Counted from the first letter of the stretch, positions 26,783 to 36,518 are shown. The stretch is 64,000 bases of DNA from Deltaproteobacteria bacterium (GCA_033763315.1 JANRKS010000034.1:192001-256000), one strand, 5' to 3'. Made by a program: numbers and translations. Notes: a model not told the origin generated them from the sequence alone.

Positions 26783-28321
26783 ATGAGCCTGCCTTCCCCT
26801 CTGCTTGCGACGTTCGACCTGCACAAGGCGTATGCCCAACCCGTCCTTAGGGGGGTGAACTGGGCCGTGCGCGCGGGCGAGGTGCACGCGCTGGTGGGTG
26901 AGAACGGGGCGGGAAAAAGCACTTTGGCGCGCGTGGTGTGCGGCATGACCTCGCCAAACGCAGGGCACATGCAACTGGCAGGACGGCCTTGGTCGCCTTC
27001 GTCACGCCGCGACGCCGACGCCCAAGGGGTGCGCATGGTCTTGCAAGAGCTTGGCGCGATCGGCACCTTGACAGTGGCCGAAAATATCTTTCGCGGCCGG
27101 CTGCCCACCAAAGGCGGCGGCCGCTGGGGCGTGATCGATCGCAAGCGGCTTCACGAGGAGGCGCGCGTGTGGATGGCGGCCGTGGGGTTGCAGGATGTGG
27201 CGCCTGACGCGCTGGTAAGTTCGTTGGGCGTGGGTCAAAAGCAACTGGTCGAGATTGCCGGGGCGCTGACGAGCGATGTGAAGCTGCTGATTCTTGATGA
27301 GCCCACAGCGGCGCTGACGGGACCCGAGACACAGAAATTGTTTGAACAGATCCGCCGCCTTTGTGCCGGGGGAACCGCGGTGGTTTACATTTCGCATCGG
27401 CTCGAAGAGTTGCAGGAAATTGCAACGCGTTTGACGGTGTTGCGCGATGGCGTGATGGTGGGAACGCACAACACGGCCGATCTGAGCATCGACAAAATCA
27501 TCAAGTTGATGGCCGGGCGCGCTCTTTCTGCGGATGAGTTTGCGACCGCACAGCATGGCGAAGATGTGGGAATTGAGGTGCGAAATCTACGCGTCAACGG
27601 TGTGGTTCGCGATGTCTCATTTTCGGCCCATAAAGGCGAGATCTTGGGCTTTGCGGGTTTGATGGGCGCTGGTCGCACCGAAACGATGCGCGCGTTGTTC
27701 GGTGCCGACGTGCGCGACGCAGGAGAGGTGTTCATTGATGGCGAGCCCGTCACCATCCGTCACCCGCGCGACGCTGTACGAGCGGGCGTGGCATTGTTGA
27801 CCGAAGATCGTAAGGAGCAGGGCTTGTTGCTTCCGCTTGGGATCACAACCAACGTGAGCGTTGTCAATTTGCCTGCCCTCGCCAAGCACGGCGTGATTGA
27901 CGAAAGCAACGAAGCTTCGGTGGCCGAACGATTCAGGCAAACGCTTGCTGTCAAAGCGCACAATCTATCGCAGCCCGTGGGTGAACTTTCTGGCGGCAAC
28001 CAGCAGAAGGTCCTGATCGCGCGGTGGCTGTTTCGTGATTGCCGCGTGTTGATCTTCGACGAGCCCACGCGTGGCATCGACGTGGGGGCGCGTTTCGAGA
28101 TCTACAAATTGATGCGCGACTTGGCCCACGCCGGCAAAACAATTTTGGTTGTGTCGTCGGATTTGACTGAACTCATGCAGATTTGCCACCGCATCGCCGT
28201 GTTGTCGCGCGGCGAGCTGGTGCAAACGTTTAGGAGAGATACATGGACGCAGGCGTCGATCATGGCAGCGGCATTCTCGGGCTATCTGGGAAAGGCAGCC
28301 ACCGACCAAGCCGAAGCTTAA
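26783..28321 (+). CDS. Monosaccharide ABC transporter ATP-binding protein (RbsA-like, tandem ABC domains)
   Basis: GENGAGKSTL, LDEPTAAL, YISHRLEE, LSGGNQQKV, DEPTRGIDVG. Confidence 0.95.
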   Translation: MSLPSPLLATFDLHKAYAQPVLRGVNWAVRAGEVHALVGENGAGKSTLARVVCGMTSPNAGHMQLAGRPWSPSSRRDADAQGVRMVLQELGAIGTLTVAENIFRGRLPTKGGGRWGVIDRKRLHEEARVWMAAVGLQDVAPDALVSSLGVGQKQLVEIAGALTSDVKLLILDEPTAALTGPETQKLFEQIRRLCAGGTAVVYISHRLEELQEIATRLTVLRDGVMVGTHNTADLSIDKIIKLMAGRALSADEFATAQHGEDVGIEVRNLRVNGVVRDVSFSAHKGEILGFAGLMGAGRTETMRALFGADVRDAGEVFIDGEPVTIRHPRDAVRAGVALLTEDRKEQGLLLPLGITTNVSVVNLPALAKHGVIDESNEASVAERFRQTLAVKAHNLSQPVGELSGGNQQKVLIARWLFRDCRVLIFDEPTRGIDVGARFEIYKLMRDLAHAGKTILVVSSDLTELMQICHRIAVLSRGELVQTFRRDTWTQASIMAAAFSGYLGKAATDQAEA

Positions 28322-28329
28322 GGCCGCGC

Positions 28330-29265
28330 GTGCCCAAGCGTGTGGCGGAGTCACTGCGTCTTGTGGTGGCCTTGGGTTTGTTGTTGTTGGTCTTCTCGGT
28401 GATGGCCGATCACTTCTTCACGAGCCGCACATTCAGCTCGGTGGCGAACCAAATCCCCTCCTTGCTGGTGGTGGCGGTTGGCATGACCTACGTCATCGTT
28501 CTGGGCGGAATCGATCTTTCGGTGGGCTCATTACTGGCGTTGTGCGGGGGCGTGATGGGCGTGGCCACCGCAGGGCTGCACTTGCCGTTGCCGCTGGCTG
28601 TGCTCATGTGTTTGGCGGTGGGCGCGGGCGTGGGCGCGGTGAACGGAATGGTGATGGTGCGCTGGAGGCTGCCCGCTTTCATCGTGACTTTGGGCATGCT
28701 GGAGATCGCTCGCGGTGGTGCCTATTTGGTCACGCATTCGCAAACGCAGTACATCGGGGCGTCCATTGAAAGCATCTCGGAGGTTGCGGTCTTGGGGCTT
28801 TCGTTGCCGTTCTTTTTGGCGCTGGCGTTGGTGTTTGCTGCGCAATGGACTTTGGATCGCACCGTGTTCGGACGTTATGTGGTGGCCACGGGAACGAATG
28901 AAGAGGCGGTGCGGCTCTCGGGCGTCGATACAAGCAAGATTCGCGTGGCCGTCTATACTTTGTGTGGTTTTCTGGCCGGTTTGGGCGCGATCATTCACAC
29001 CGCGCGGTTGGGAGCCGCCGATCCGAATGCGGGCGGAGGGCTTGAGCTGCAAGCGATCGCGGCGGTGGTTGTGGGCGGCACAAGTTTGATGGGCGGGCGA
29101 GGCTCAGTGGTGGGGACGCTGTTTGGTGTTCTGATCATCGCGGTCTTGGACACGGGGCTGGCGCAGGTGGGGGCACAGGAGCCAGCCAAGCGAGTGATCA
29201 CGGGGCTAGTTATTGTGGGAGCCGTCATCTTAGACAACTACCGTCATGGGCGTCGCCATGGTTAA
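28330..29265 (+). CDS. Monosaccharide ABC transporter permease (RbsC-like)
   Basis: GGIDLSVGS, PAFIVTLG, NEEAVRLSG, ELQAIAAVVVGGTSL; start approximate. Confidence 0.93.
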   Translation: MPKRVAESLRLVVALGLLLLVFSVMADHFFTSRTFSSVANQIPSLLVVAVGMTYVIVLGGIDLSVGSLLALCGGVMGVATAGLHLPLPLAVLMCLAVGAGVGAVNGMVMVRWRLPAFIVTLGMLEIARGGAYLVTHSQTQYIGASIESISEVAVLGLSLPFFLALALVFAAQWTLDRTVFGRYVVATGTNEEAVRLSGVDTSKIRVAVYTLCGFLAGLGAIIHTARLGAADPNAGGGLELQAIAAVVVGGTSLMGGRGSVVGTLFGVLIIAVLDTGLAQVGAQEPAKRVITGLVIVGAVILDNYRHGRRHG

Positions 29266-31060
29266 GCACAGAAGCAGGGTCAAACGGCGCACGCTGCTGT
29301 CAGCTGCCGTTGCGGCGATGACAGTCAAAGCGCGAGGCGCGCGGGCGGATTTTCCCGATGACCCCAGCAAAGATCCTGTGCGGCGCTGGGGCGCGGGTGC
29401 CACGCCGCTGTTGGCGGTGAGCCACGTCGGGTTCGTCCCGGGCGTGGGTCAAAAGAGTTTGGTTGTGCGCGCCAACGGGGCCACAGGGCCAACGCGCGTG
29501 GCGTTGTTCGATGCCCACCACAACACACAAAAACCGGGCGAGGAGCCCCTGCGCTGGTTGCCGCTTGCACCGGTGACGTGTGACTTCGGGCCGGCGCAAG
29601 TGGCTGAGCTTGGCAACGTGCCCGAGGGCCGGTACCACCTTTATCTGCCTGGCGCCAATGATGGTGAGTGGTCGCCCACCTTCTTCGTGGGGCCACGCGT
29701 GTGGCGCCGGTTGCTGCATTTGGCGGTCAACTATTACACCGCTCAAAAGTGCGGGGTGGCGGTGCCTGGGGTTCACCCGGCCTGCCATTTGGACGACGCG
29801 ATTGTTGAAGCCACCGGCAAACACGTGGATGCGGTTGGTGGATGGCACGACGCCGGTGATCACGTCAAACAGGCCGTGACGATCCTGAATGCGGTGGCGT
29901 TGGGCACCATGCTGCGCGATCTGCCGGCGTATAGCGGCGATGATCCCGATCGACGTTCCACCCTGGCTTTGCTTCGCCACGGCAACCGCGGGATCTTGGC
30001 GCAACAAGATCCAAGCGACGGTAAGGTGTGGGATCAAATCTTTCAAACGCGTTGGACCGACAACAAGATCGGCACCGCGGACGACCGTCGGCTTGAGACG
30101 CAAAAGACGATCTTCGGCAGCTGCATGTTCGCGGCCGCCCAAGGGTTGGTGTCACAAGCGTTTGCGCAAACGGATCGGGCGTATGCACAACGCTGCCTCA
30201 AAGTGGGCGAGAAAGCTTTGGCCGCGTATGCCGAGCCAAGCGCGCGCACAACGGGCCTTGCGTGGCAGGTGATGGCCGCCGTTGAACTGACACGCGCGGG
30301 CAGCCGCGCCGGCGTAGAGCGCGCGGTGGCCTTGGGGCGCGTCTTGGCCGCGCGCCAATCACATGCGGCCGGCACGAAGGGGTGTTTCCTCGACGCCGAC
30401 AAGACGTCTCCCATTCTCGGCGATCCCGGCGAGTGCGAAGTGACAGGAACGGCGATGCCAGCTTTGGCATTGCTCGCTCTCATTGAGCGCTGGCCCCGGC
30501 ACAGGGACGCGGGCGTGTGGCAAGACGCTGTGGCGGCCTATCTTGAGCACGTTGTGTTTGCGTTGTCGGCGCGCAATGCGTTTGCGGTCTTGCCGCTTTC
30601 CGTTTACACGCAGCCAGCGACCAAGGAAACCTATCGTCGCACCGAAGGGGGCGTGCTTTACCGATACTTCTTCCCGTCGCGCTTGAAGAAATGGTGGCAG
30701 GGCACCAATAGCCATTACGCCGCGCACGCGACGCTGTTGGCCCGTGCCGCGAAGCATCTGCCCGGTGTGGATGGCGGCCGCTGCATCAACCTGGCTTATC
30801 GACAACTTGAATGGATCGTGGGGCGCAATCCCTTTGGCGCTTCTATGATGTCGGGCGTGGGCGCGCGCAATCCATATCCCTATTCTGGGCAGGTGGGCAT
30901 GATCAACGGTGGCGTGATCAACGGCATCGCCGGCAACGATGCTGACGAACCCATCTTAGACACACGCTTCGCGATGGATTGGCGCACGACGGAATACTGG
31001 GGGCCGGGTGTTTCGTATTTGGTGAAAGCCATCACAGCGCTCGAAGGCGTGGCCGTTTAG
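29258..31060 (+). CDS. Tat-exported glycoside hydrolase family 9-like protein
   Basis: KRRTLL twin-arginine signal; CHLDD, GGWHDAGD, WIVGRNPF, C-terminal WRTTEYW. Confidence 0.78.
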   Translation: MVKHRSRVKRRTLLSAAVAAMTVKARGARADFPDDPSKDPVRRWGAGATPLLAVSHVGFVPGVGQKSLVVRANGATGPTRVALFDAHHNTQKPGEEPLRWLPLAPVTCDFGPAQVAELGNVPEGRYHLYLPGANDGEWSPTFFVGPRVWRRLLHLAVNYYTAQKCGVAVPGVHPACHLDDAIVEATGKHVDAVGGWHDAGDHVKQAVTILNAVALGTMLRDLPAYSGDDPDRRSTLALLRHGNRGILAQQDPSDGKVWDQIFQTRWTDNKIGTADDRRLETQKTIFGSCMFAAAQGLVSQAFAQTDRAYAQRCLKVGEKALAAYAEPSARTTGLAWQVMAAVELTRAGSRAGVERAVALGRVLAARQSHAAGTKGCFLDADKTSPILGDPGECEVTGTAMPALALLALIERWPRHRDAGVWQDAVAAYLEHVVFALSARNAFAVLPLSVYTQPATKETYRRTEGGVLYRYFFPSRLKKWWQGTNSHYAAHATLLARAAKHLPGVDGGRCINLAYRQLEWIVGRNPFGASMMSGVGARNPYPYSGQVGMINGGVINGIAGNDADEPILDTRFAMDWRTTEYWGPGVSYLVKAITALEGVAV

Positions 31061-31074
31061 GCGAGTGGCCGGCG

Positions 31075-32016
31075 CTACGTGCGTAGAACTTTTGCGTCGA
31101 TCAAATCGATCGGCGTCTCACGGTCGTCTGGCGTCGAATGCCCTTGCAACAATTCGAGCGCGTATTCGATGCCATACACAGCCAACGCGTCGGCGTGTTG
31201 ATCTGCGGTTGCCAAGACTTCGCCTGCCTTGATCAAACCTTGAACAGCGGCGATGTTGTCGAAGCCCACCACTTTGATGTCCCGCGCCTTTGAGGCGGCT
31301 TTCACCGCCGCGGCCACGCCCAACGCCATGTTGTCGTTGGCCACCATGAAACCCTTGATCTGTGGGTGTTGCGTCATGATCGCGTTTGCGATGTCATGGG
31401 CGCGCCCCATGTCCCAATTCGCGGCTTGCGAGACGAGCAACGTGAGCCCTGCGGCCTTGATGGCGTCCTCAAATCCGAGCCGCCGCGAGATGGCACTGAA
31501 GGCGGTGGGCATTCCTTCGATGATGGCCACGGGCGCGGACGGCGGCAGCTGCTGCGCCAACGCGCGCCCCACCAAGGCGGCGCCCTTGCGGTTGTCGGGC
31601 CCAACGTAGGGAATCTTCAGACGCCGTGCGGATAACACGTTGGCGTCGAGACGATCCACGATGTTTACCACCACCACGCCCGCACGCATGGCGCGCCGGC
31701 ATGAGGCGATGAGAGCGCGCGCGTCCGCGGGCACAATCACGAGCGCGTCCGCGCCCATGGCCACCGTTTGATCAACGAGATCACTTTGGCGGGCGACATC
31801 CTGTTCGTCCTTAATGCCGTTGATGATGAGCTCGTATTGCCGCGCGTGCTGTGCTTGATGCTTGCGCGCGCCTTCGGCCATCGTTGTGTAAAACTCGTTG
31901 GCGAGCGACTTCATGACTAAGCCAATGCGACGAGGCGCGCCTGCCTTCGGTTGCCGGGTGTGGCAGCCCAAAAGAGCAAGCGCCGGGGCGCTGTACAAAA
32001 GCGTTCGTCGCAACAT
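31075..32016 (-). CDS. Sugar ABC transporter substrate-binding lipoprotein (RbsB-like)
   Basis: MLRRTLL...LLGC signal; LVMKSLANEFY, VGPDNRKG, ANDNMALG, VVGFDN. Confidence 0.92.
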   Translation of the reverse strand: MLRRTLLYSAPALALLGCHTRQPKAGAPRRIGLVMKSLANEFYTTMAEGARKHQAQHARQYELIINGIKDEQDVARQSDLVDQTVAMGADALVIVPADARALIASCRRAMRAGVVVVNIVDRLDANVLSARRLKIPYVGPDNRKGAALVGRALAQQLPPSAPVAIIEGMPTAFSAISRRLGFEDAIKAAGLTLLVSQAANWDMGRAHDIANAIMTQHPQIKGFMVANDNMALGVAAAVKAASKARDIKVVGFDNIAAVQGLIKAGEVLATADQHADALAVYGIEYALELLQGHSTPDDRETPIDLIDAKVLRT

Positions 32017-32020
32017 TGGC

Positions 32021-33010
32021 TTATACGGAATTGTCCTGCAGGCCGCGCCGCACGGCCAACGCGACGCCGCCCAACGTCCCCGCTTGGTCGCCGAGCAGCG
32101 ACGGTTCAACGCGGATGTCGTCGGTGGGAAACATGCCAACGCGTTCTTTGATCACTTGCCGCACCGTCGCGAACAGGGGCTCGCCCAAACCTGCCACGCC
32201 GCCGCCGATGACGATCATTTCGGGATGGATTGTGGTGATCGTGTTGGCGATGCCGATGCCCAAACACTGCGCGGCGCGCACGAGCGACGCTTGCACGCGA
32301 TCATCGCCCGCGGCCGCGGCCTCGCCCAACAGTTTCACGCTGATTTTGCCAAAGTCGCCGCCCACCATGTCGTAAAGGCGGGGGGCTTGGCCGGAAAGCA
32401 AGAGCCTCACACCTTCGGCTGTGAGGGCGGGGCCCGAGATGTAGAGTTCAAGGCAGCCGCGGTTGCCGCAGCCGCATCGCAAGCCGTTGGGATCAACCGT
32501 TTGGTGGCCAAGCTCGCCCACCGATCCCGAACGGCCGAGCACAAGCTTACCGTCCATCACGATGCCGCCCCCAACCCCGGTGCCAAGCGCGTAAAAGGCA
32601 AAGTTGCGCACGTGTTTGCCATGGCCATAAGCCAATTCCCCCAACGCGGCCATTCGGACGTCGTTGAGCAGATAAACGTCGCAGCCAAGCCGTGGGGCCA
32701 GCCACTGGCGGACAGGCACGTTGCGCCACTGTGTGGTGAGGTTTGGCAAGAACAGCGTTTCGCCGGTCTGCAGGTTCGCCATACCGGGCACACCGATGCC
32801 CAACGCCGCAGGACGCTGCCCCACCTTTTGAGCCAACGATTCGATCAAATCGCCGATGCGCGCCACCACGGCTTCGGGGCCTTCATATGAAAGCGTGGGC
32901 ATGGTGCCCCGCGCGGCGATGCGGCCCTCTTCGTCCGCCAACACCGCAGCGATGTTTGTGCCGCCGAGATCGGCGCTGGCGAACAGCGGGCGTGATGCAG
33001 CAAGCGTCAT
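32021..33010 (-). CDS. ROK family sugar kinase
   Basis: DLGGTN, NDVRMAALGE, LGTGVGGG, GELGHQ, CGCGNRGCLE; no N-terminal HTH. Confidence 0.93.
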   Translation of the reverse strand: MTLAASRPLFASADLGGTNIAAVLADEEGRIAARGTMPTLSYEGPEAVVARIGDLIESLAQKVGQRPAALGIGVPGMANLQTGETLFLPNLTTQWRNVPVRQWLAPRLGCDVYLLNDVRMAALGELAYGHGKHVRNFAFYALGTGVGGGIVMDGKLVLGRSGSVGELGHQTVDPNGLRCGCGNRGCLELYISGPALTAEGVRLLLSGQAPRLYDMVGGDFGKISVKLLGEAAAAGDDRVQASLVRAAQCLGIGIANTITTIHPEMIVIGGGVAGLGEPLFATVRQVIKERVGMFPTDDIRVEPSLLGDQAGTLGGVALAVRRGLQDNSV

Positions 33011-33012
33011 GG

Positions 33013-33864
33013 TCACACACCCATCGGGTGCCACACGGTTTTCGTTTCAAGAAAGTCCGCGATCGACCACAGCGAAAGTTCCAAGGCCGCGGCCTCATCT
33101 TTGATAATCACGCGCTTGACGTTTTGACTGGCCGCTTGGGCCAACGCCACCCGCGCTTCGTCGTCAACGCCCGTGATGTCGATGGCATTGACGTCCATGT
33201 GCGCCGCCAAGCCCGGTGTGATCTCGGATTTGATGCCGCTGATGATGTTCACCACACCCGCGGGCACATCTGACGTCGCTAAGATTTCGCCCAAGGTGAT
33301 CGCAGCCAAAGGCCGCGTTTCCGATGGAATCACGACCACCGTGTTGCCGCACACAATCGCCGGCAAAACGCGCGCAAGCAACCCCTGCAACGCTGGTGTT
33401 TCAGGTGCCACCACACCGACCACCCCTGTGGCTTCGGGGAAGCTGAAGTTGAAGAATGGCCCTGCCACTGGATTCACGGTGCCGAGCACCATATGCACTT
33501 TATCGGCCCAGCCAGCGTAATACACGCACGTGTCAACGCAGGCTTCCACCTCGGCGCGCGCTTGTTTATCGGTAAGGCCCATCGCCATCAACTCTTCCGC
33601 AAGCTCGGCGCTGCGCGATTCGAGGCCCTCGGCAAGCCGGTACAGGATCTGCCCTCGGTTAAGCGTGGTGCGAGACGACCAATCGGCAAACGCTTTGCGC
33701 GCAGCTACCACGGCGTTGCGGATGTCTTTGCGCGAGCCTTTGCATGCGTTGGCCAGCAACTTGTCTCCCTTGGGTGAGCGAATGGCGTAATGACGGGCGG
33801 ATTCAGTGCGTGGGAACTGCCCACCGATGAACAACTTATAGGTCTTGCGAACTTGAAGGCGCAT
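33013..33864 (-). CDS. Short aldehyde dehydrogenase-like subunit lacking the catalytic domain
   Basis: KTYKLFIGGQFPRTES, YYAGWADK, ending ETKTVWHPMGV; no ELGGKS or catalytic Cys region. Confidence 0.88.
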   Translation of the reverse strand: MRLQVRKTYKLFIGGQFPRTESARHYAIRSPKGDKLLANACKGSRKDIRNAVVAARKAFADWSSRTTLNRGQILYRLAEGLESRSAELAEELMAMGLTDKQARAEVEACVDTCVYYAGWADKVHMVLGTVNPVAGPFFNFSFPEATGVVGVVAPETPALQGLLARVLPAIVCGNTVVVIPSETRPLAAITLGEILATSDVPAGVVNIISGIKSEITPGLAAHMDVNAIDITGVDDEARVALAQAASQNVKRVIIKDEAAALELSLWSIADFLETKTVWHPMGV

Positions 33865-33879
33865 GGGTGTTTCCTGCCG

Positions 33880-35406
33880 TTATGAAAGTCGTACGTAAGG
33901 GTGTAGGCCCGCCATGCCGCCTTCGCGACCGAAGCCCGATTCCTTGTAGCCGCCAAACGGCGACGTTGGATCAAACTTGTTGTACGTGTTGGCCCAAATG
34001 ACGCCAGCGCGCAGTTTGGAAGCGATCTCGAGGATGCGTGAGCCCTTGTCCGTCCACACGCCTGCCGCCAAACCGTAGGGGCTATTGTTGGCGCGCGTGA
34101 GCGCTTCTTCGGGTGTGCGGAAGGTGAGCACCGAAAGCACCGGCCCAAAGATCTCCTCTTGAGCGATGCGGCTAGCTTGGGCCACACCTGTGAGCAACGA
34201 CGGGCGGTAGAAGAAGCCCTTGTCAGGCAGGGGGCACGAAGGCTGGTAAAGGTCGGCGCCTTCATCCACGCCCACTTGCACCAAGCTGCTGATCTTATCT
34301 AACTGAGCACGCGAGTTGATCGCGCCGATGTCGGTGTTTTTGTCCAGCGGATCACCCACGCGCAGCGTGGTCATGCGCGCTTTGAGTTTGGCAAGAAATG
34401 CATCGGCGATGCCTTCCTGCAAGAACAAGCGTGAGCCCGCACAACATACGTGGCCTTGGTTGAAGTAGATGCCGTTGATCACGCCTTCCACAGCCTGATC
34501 CAGTGGTGCATCGTCAAAGACGATGTTGGCGCTTTTGCCGCCCAATTCCAAGGTCAATCGCTTGCCCGTACCAGCGATCGCCTTTTGAATCAATTTGCCA
34601 ACTTCAGTTGAACCCGTGAAGGCCACCTTATTGATGTCGCCATGCTGAACGAGCGCCGCGCCTGTGGCAGGGCCGCCGGTCAGAATGTTCACAACGCCTG
34701 GAGGTAGATCGGCCTCTTGAATGACCTCTGCCAATAGGAGAGCCGTCAAAGGCGTGGTCTCCGCGGGCTTGAGCACCACCGTGTTGCCCGTGGCCAAGGC
34801 GGGCGCCAACTTCCACGCGGCCATCAACAACGGAAAGTTCCATGGGATCACTTGGCCTGCCACACCCAGGGGGCTCACAGTGCGTGCAGGGAACGCGTAA
34901 GGCAACTTGTCGGCCCAGCCGGCGTAGTGAAAGAAGTGGGCGTTTGCCAGCGGAATGTCGACGTCGCGCGATTCCTTGATGGGCTTGCCGCCGTTCATCG
35001 TTTCAACCAACATGAAGCGCTTGGCTTTTTCTTGGATGATGCGTGCGATGCGGAAAATGTATTTGCCGCGTTCAGCGCCGGGCATCTTCGACCAGTGTTT
35101 GTCGAACGCTTTGCGTGCCGACGCCACGGCCGTGGCCACGTCGGCGTCGCTGGCTTGCGCCACTTCGGCCAGCGGCTTTTCGGTGGCGGGGTTGATCGTG
35201 GTGAAGTAGGCGCCCGACTGTGGCGCGACGAACTTACCGTCGATGAATAAGTCGTAGCGCGGCGCGATCTGCGCGTCCGCGGTTGACTCAAGAGACGGGG
35301 CGTAGCTCCACATCTCACCTGCTGCACCGGGTGCCACACGTGCCAGGGTGGCCGCGTCGAGTGCAGTCTTGCCGTTGCTGCCGTTGTGCGTTTGTTTATC
35401 AAGCAT
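33880..35406 (-). CDS. NAD-dependent aldehyde dehydrogenase (probable acetaldehyde dehydrogenase)
   Basis: IPWNFPL, KPAETTP, FTGSTEVG, LELGGKS, FNQGHVCCAGS, EEIFGPV, PFGGYKESG. Confidence 0.95.
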   Translation of the reverse strand: MLDKQTHNGSNGKTALDAATLARVAPGAAGEMWSYAPSLESTADAQIAPRYDLFIDGKFVAPQSGAYFTTINPATEKPLAEVAQASDADVATAVASARKAFDKHWSKMPGAERGKYIFRIARIIQEKAKRFMLVETMNGGKPIKESRDVDIPLANAHFFHYAGWADKLPYAFPARTVSPLGVAGQVIPWNFPLLMAAWKLAPALATGNTVVLKPAETTPLTALLLAEVIQEADLPPGVVNILTGGPATGAALVQHGDINKVAFTGSTEVGKLIQKAIAGTGKRLTLELGGKSANIVFDDAPLDQAVEGVINGIYFNQGHVCCAGSRLFLQEGIADAFLAKLKARMTTLRVGDPLDKNTDIGAINSRAQLDKISSLVQVGVDEGADLYQPSCPLPDKGFFYRPSLLTGVAQASRIAQEEIFGPVLSVLTFRTPEEALTRANNSPYGLAAGVWTDKGSRILEIASKLRAGVIWANTYNKFDPTSPFGGYKESGFGREGGMAGLHPYVRLS

Positions 35407-35433
35407 GAAGAAGCTCCGGGGGTGAAGTGATAG

Positions 35434-36405
35434 CTAGTCTTTGGAAAAGTAGTCGGGCGATTGGTACGCGCCTGTGGCCTGCGTGTGAATCTGCATCAGC
35501 AGATCGTTGACCAACGTGCTGGCGCCAAAGCGAAACAGATCCGGCGTCATCCAGGGGGCGCCCAGGGTTTCATAAACCAGCACCAAGTAGGCGAGGGCCG
35601 TCTTTGTGTCAGCGATGTTGCCGGCGGGCTTCATACCAATCATGCGGCCTGTGTAGCCGTAGAAGTCGCGGACGGCTTCCAACATCAACAAGGTGATCGG
35701 CGCCGTGGATTTGCCGTCGATCTTGCCTGTTGATGTTTTGATGAAATCGCCGCCCGCGCACATCGCGATGAAAGACGCTTGGCGAATGTTGTCGAACGTG
35801 CCGAGCTCGCCTGTCTCAAGGATGACCTTGAGGTGCGCGTCGCCGCAGGCTTCCTTCACCGCGGCGATCTCGTCGTAGACCGCTTGGTATTGGCCCGAGT
35901 GAAAGGCGCCACGGCTGATCACCATGTCGATTTCTTGGGCACCTGCGTCCACCGCTTGCCGCGTTTCCTCAAGCTTGATCGCCAGCGACGTTTGCCCGCT
36001 GGGAAAGCCCGTGGCCACCGAAGCCGTTTTCACTGTGCTGCCGGTGAGGAACTTGCGGACCAGCGGCACCATGGCCGGATACACGCAAACGGCAGCGCAG
36101 GATGGCATCGACCGGTCGAGCGGGTCGGGAGCGATCGCTTTGCGACACAACGACTCCACCTTACCGCGTGAGTCTTGGCCTTCGAGCGTGGTGATGTCCA
36201 CCATGCTGATGGCCAGCTTCATGCCCCAGATCTTGGATTGCTTCTTGATCGAGCGCTTCGACAGCGAAGCGGCACGTTCCTTCACAGCCACAGCGTCCAC
36301 GGGGGTGGACCAATTGAGCGCTTGCGTTAAGCCGATGTTCGGCAAAGGTGGCGTTTGGCTGTGGGGAATCACGGCTTTTCCGGCTGTGGTTTGAAGCTCA
36401 ATCAT
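35434..36405 (-). CDS. deoC: Deoxyribose-phosphate aldolase
   Basis: DITTLEG, AVCVYP, EIDMVI, LKVILETGEL, DFIKTSTGK, KPAG, RFGAS. Confidence 0.93.
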   Translation of the reverse strand: MIELQTTAGKAVIPHSQTPPLPNIGLTQALNWSTPVDAVAVKERAASLSKRSIKKQSKIWGMKLAISMVDITTLEGQDSRGKVESLCRKAIAPDPLDRSMPSCAAVCVYPAMVPLVRKFLTGSTVKTASVATGFPSGQTSLAIKLEETRQAVDAGAQEIDMVISRGAFHSGQYQAVYDEIAAVKEACGDAHLKVILETGELGTFDNIRQASFIAMCAGGDFIKTSTGKIDGKSTAPITLLMLEAVRDFYGYTGRMIGMKPAGNIADTKTALAYLVLVYETLGAPWMTPDLFRFGASTLVNDLLMQIHTQATGAYQSPDYFSKD

Positions 36406-36518
36406 GAAAAGGCCCTTCGCAGCGGGGTTAGGTACGACGATGTGGCTAAGCCACGTGTCCTGTTATGCGGTAGCGGACGTCACCAGTCAACGACGAGGTA
36501 ACGACGGTTCTCAAAAAG

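Noticed and set aside
31898-32890. 330-aa ORF on the + strand
   Set aside because: Antisense shadow of the ROK kinase
33013-33864. Short ALDH as a pseudogene
   Set aside because: It has intact, family-typical N- and C-termini with no frameshift and fits the known small-subunit type found beside deoC
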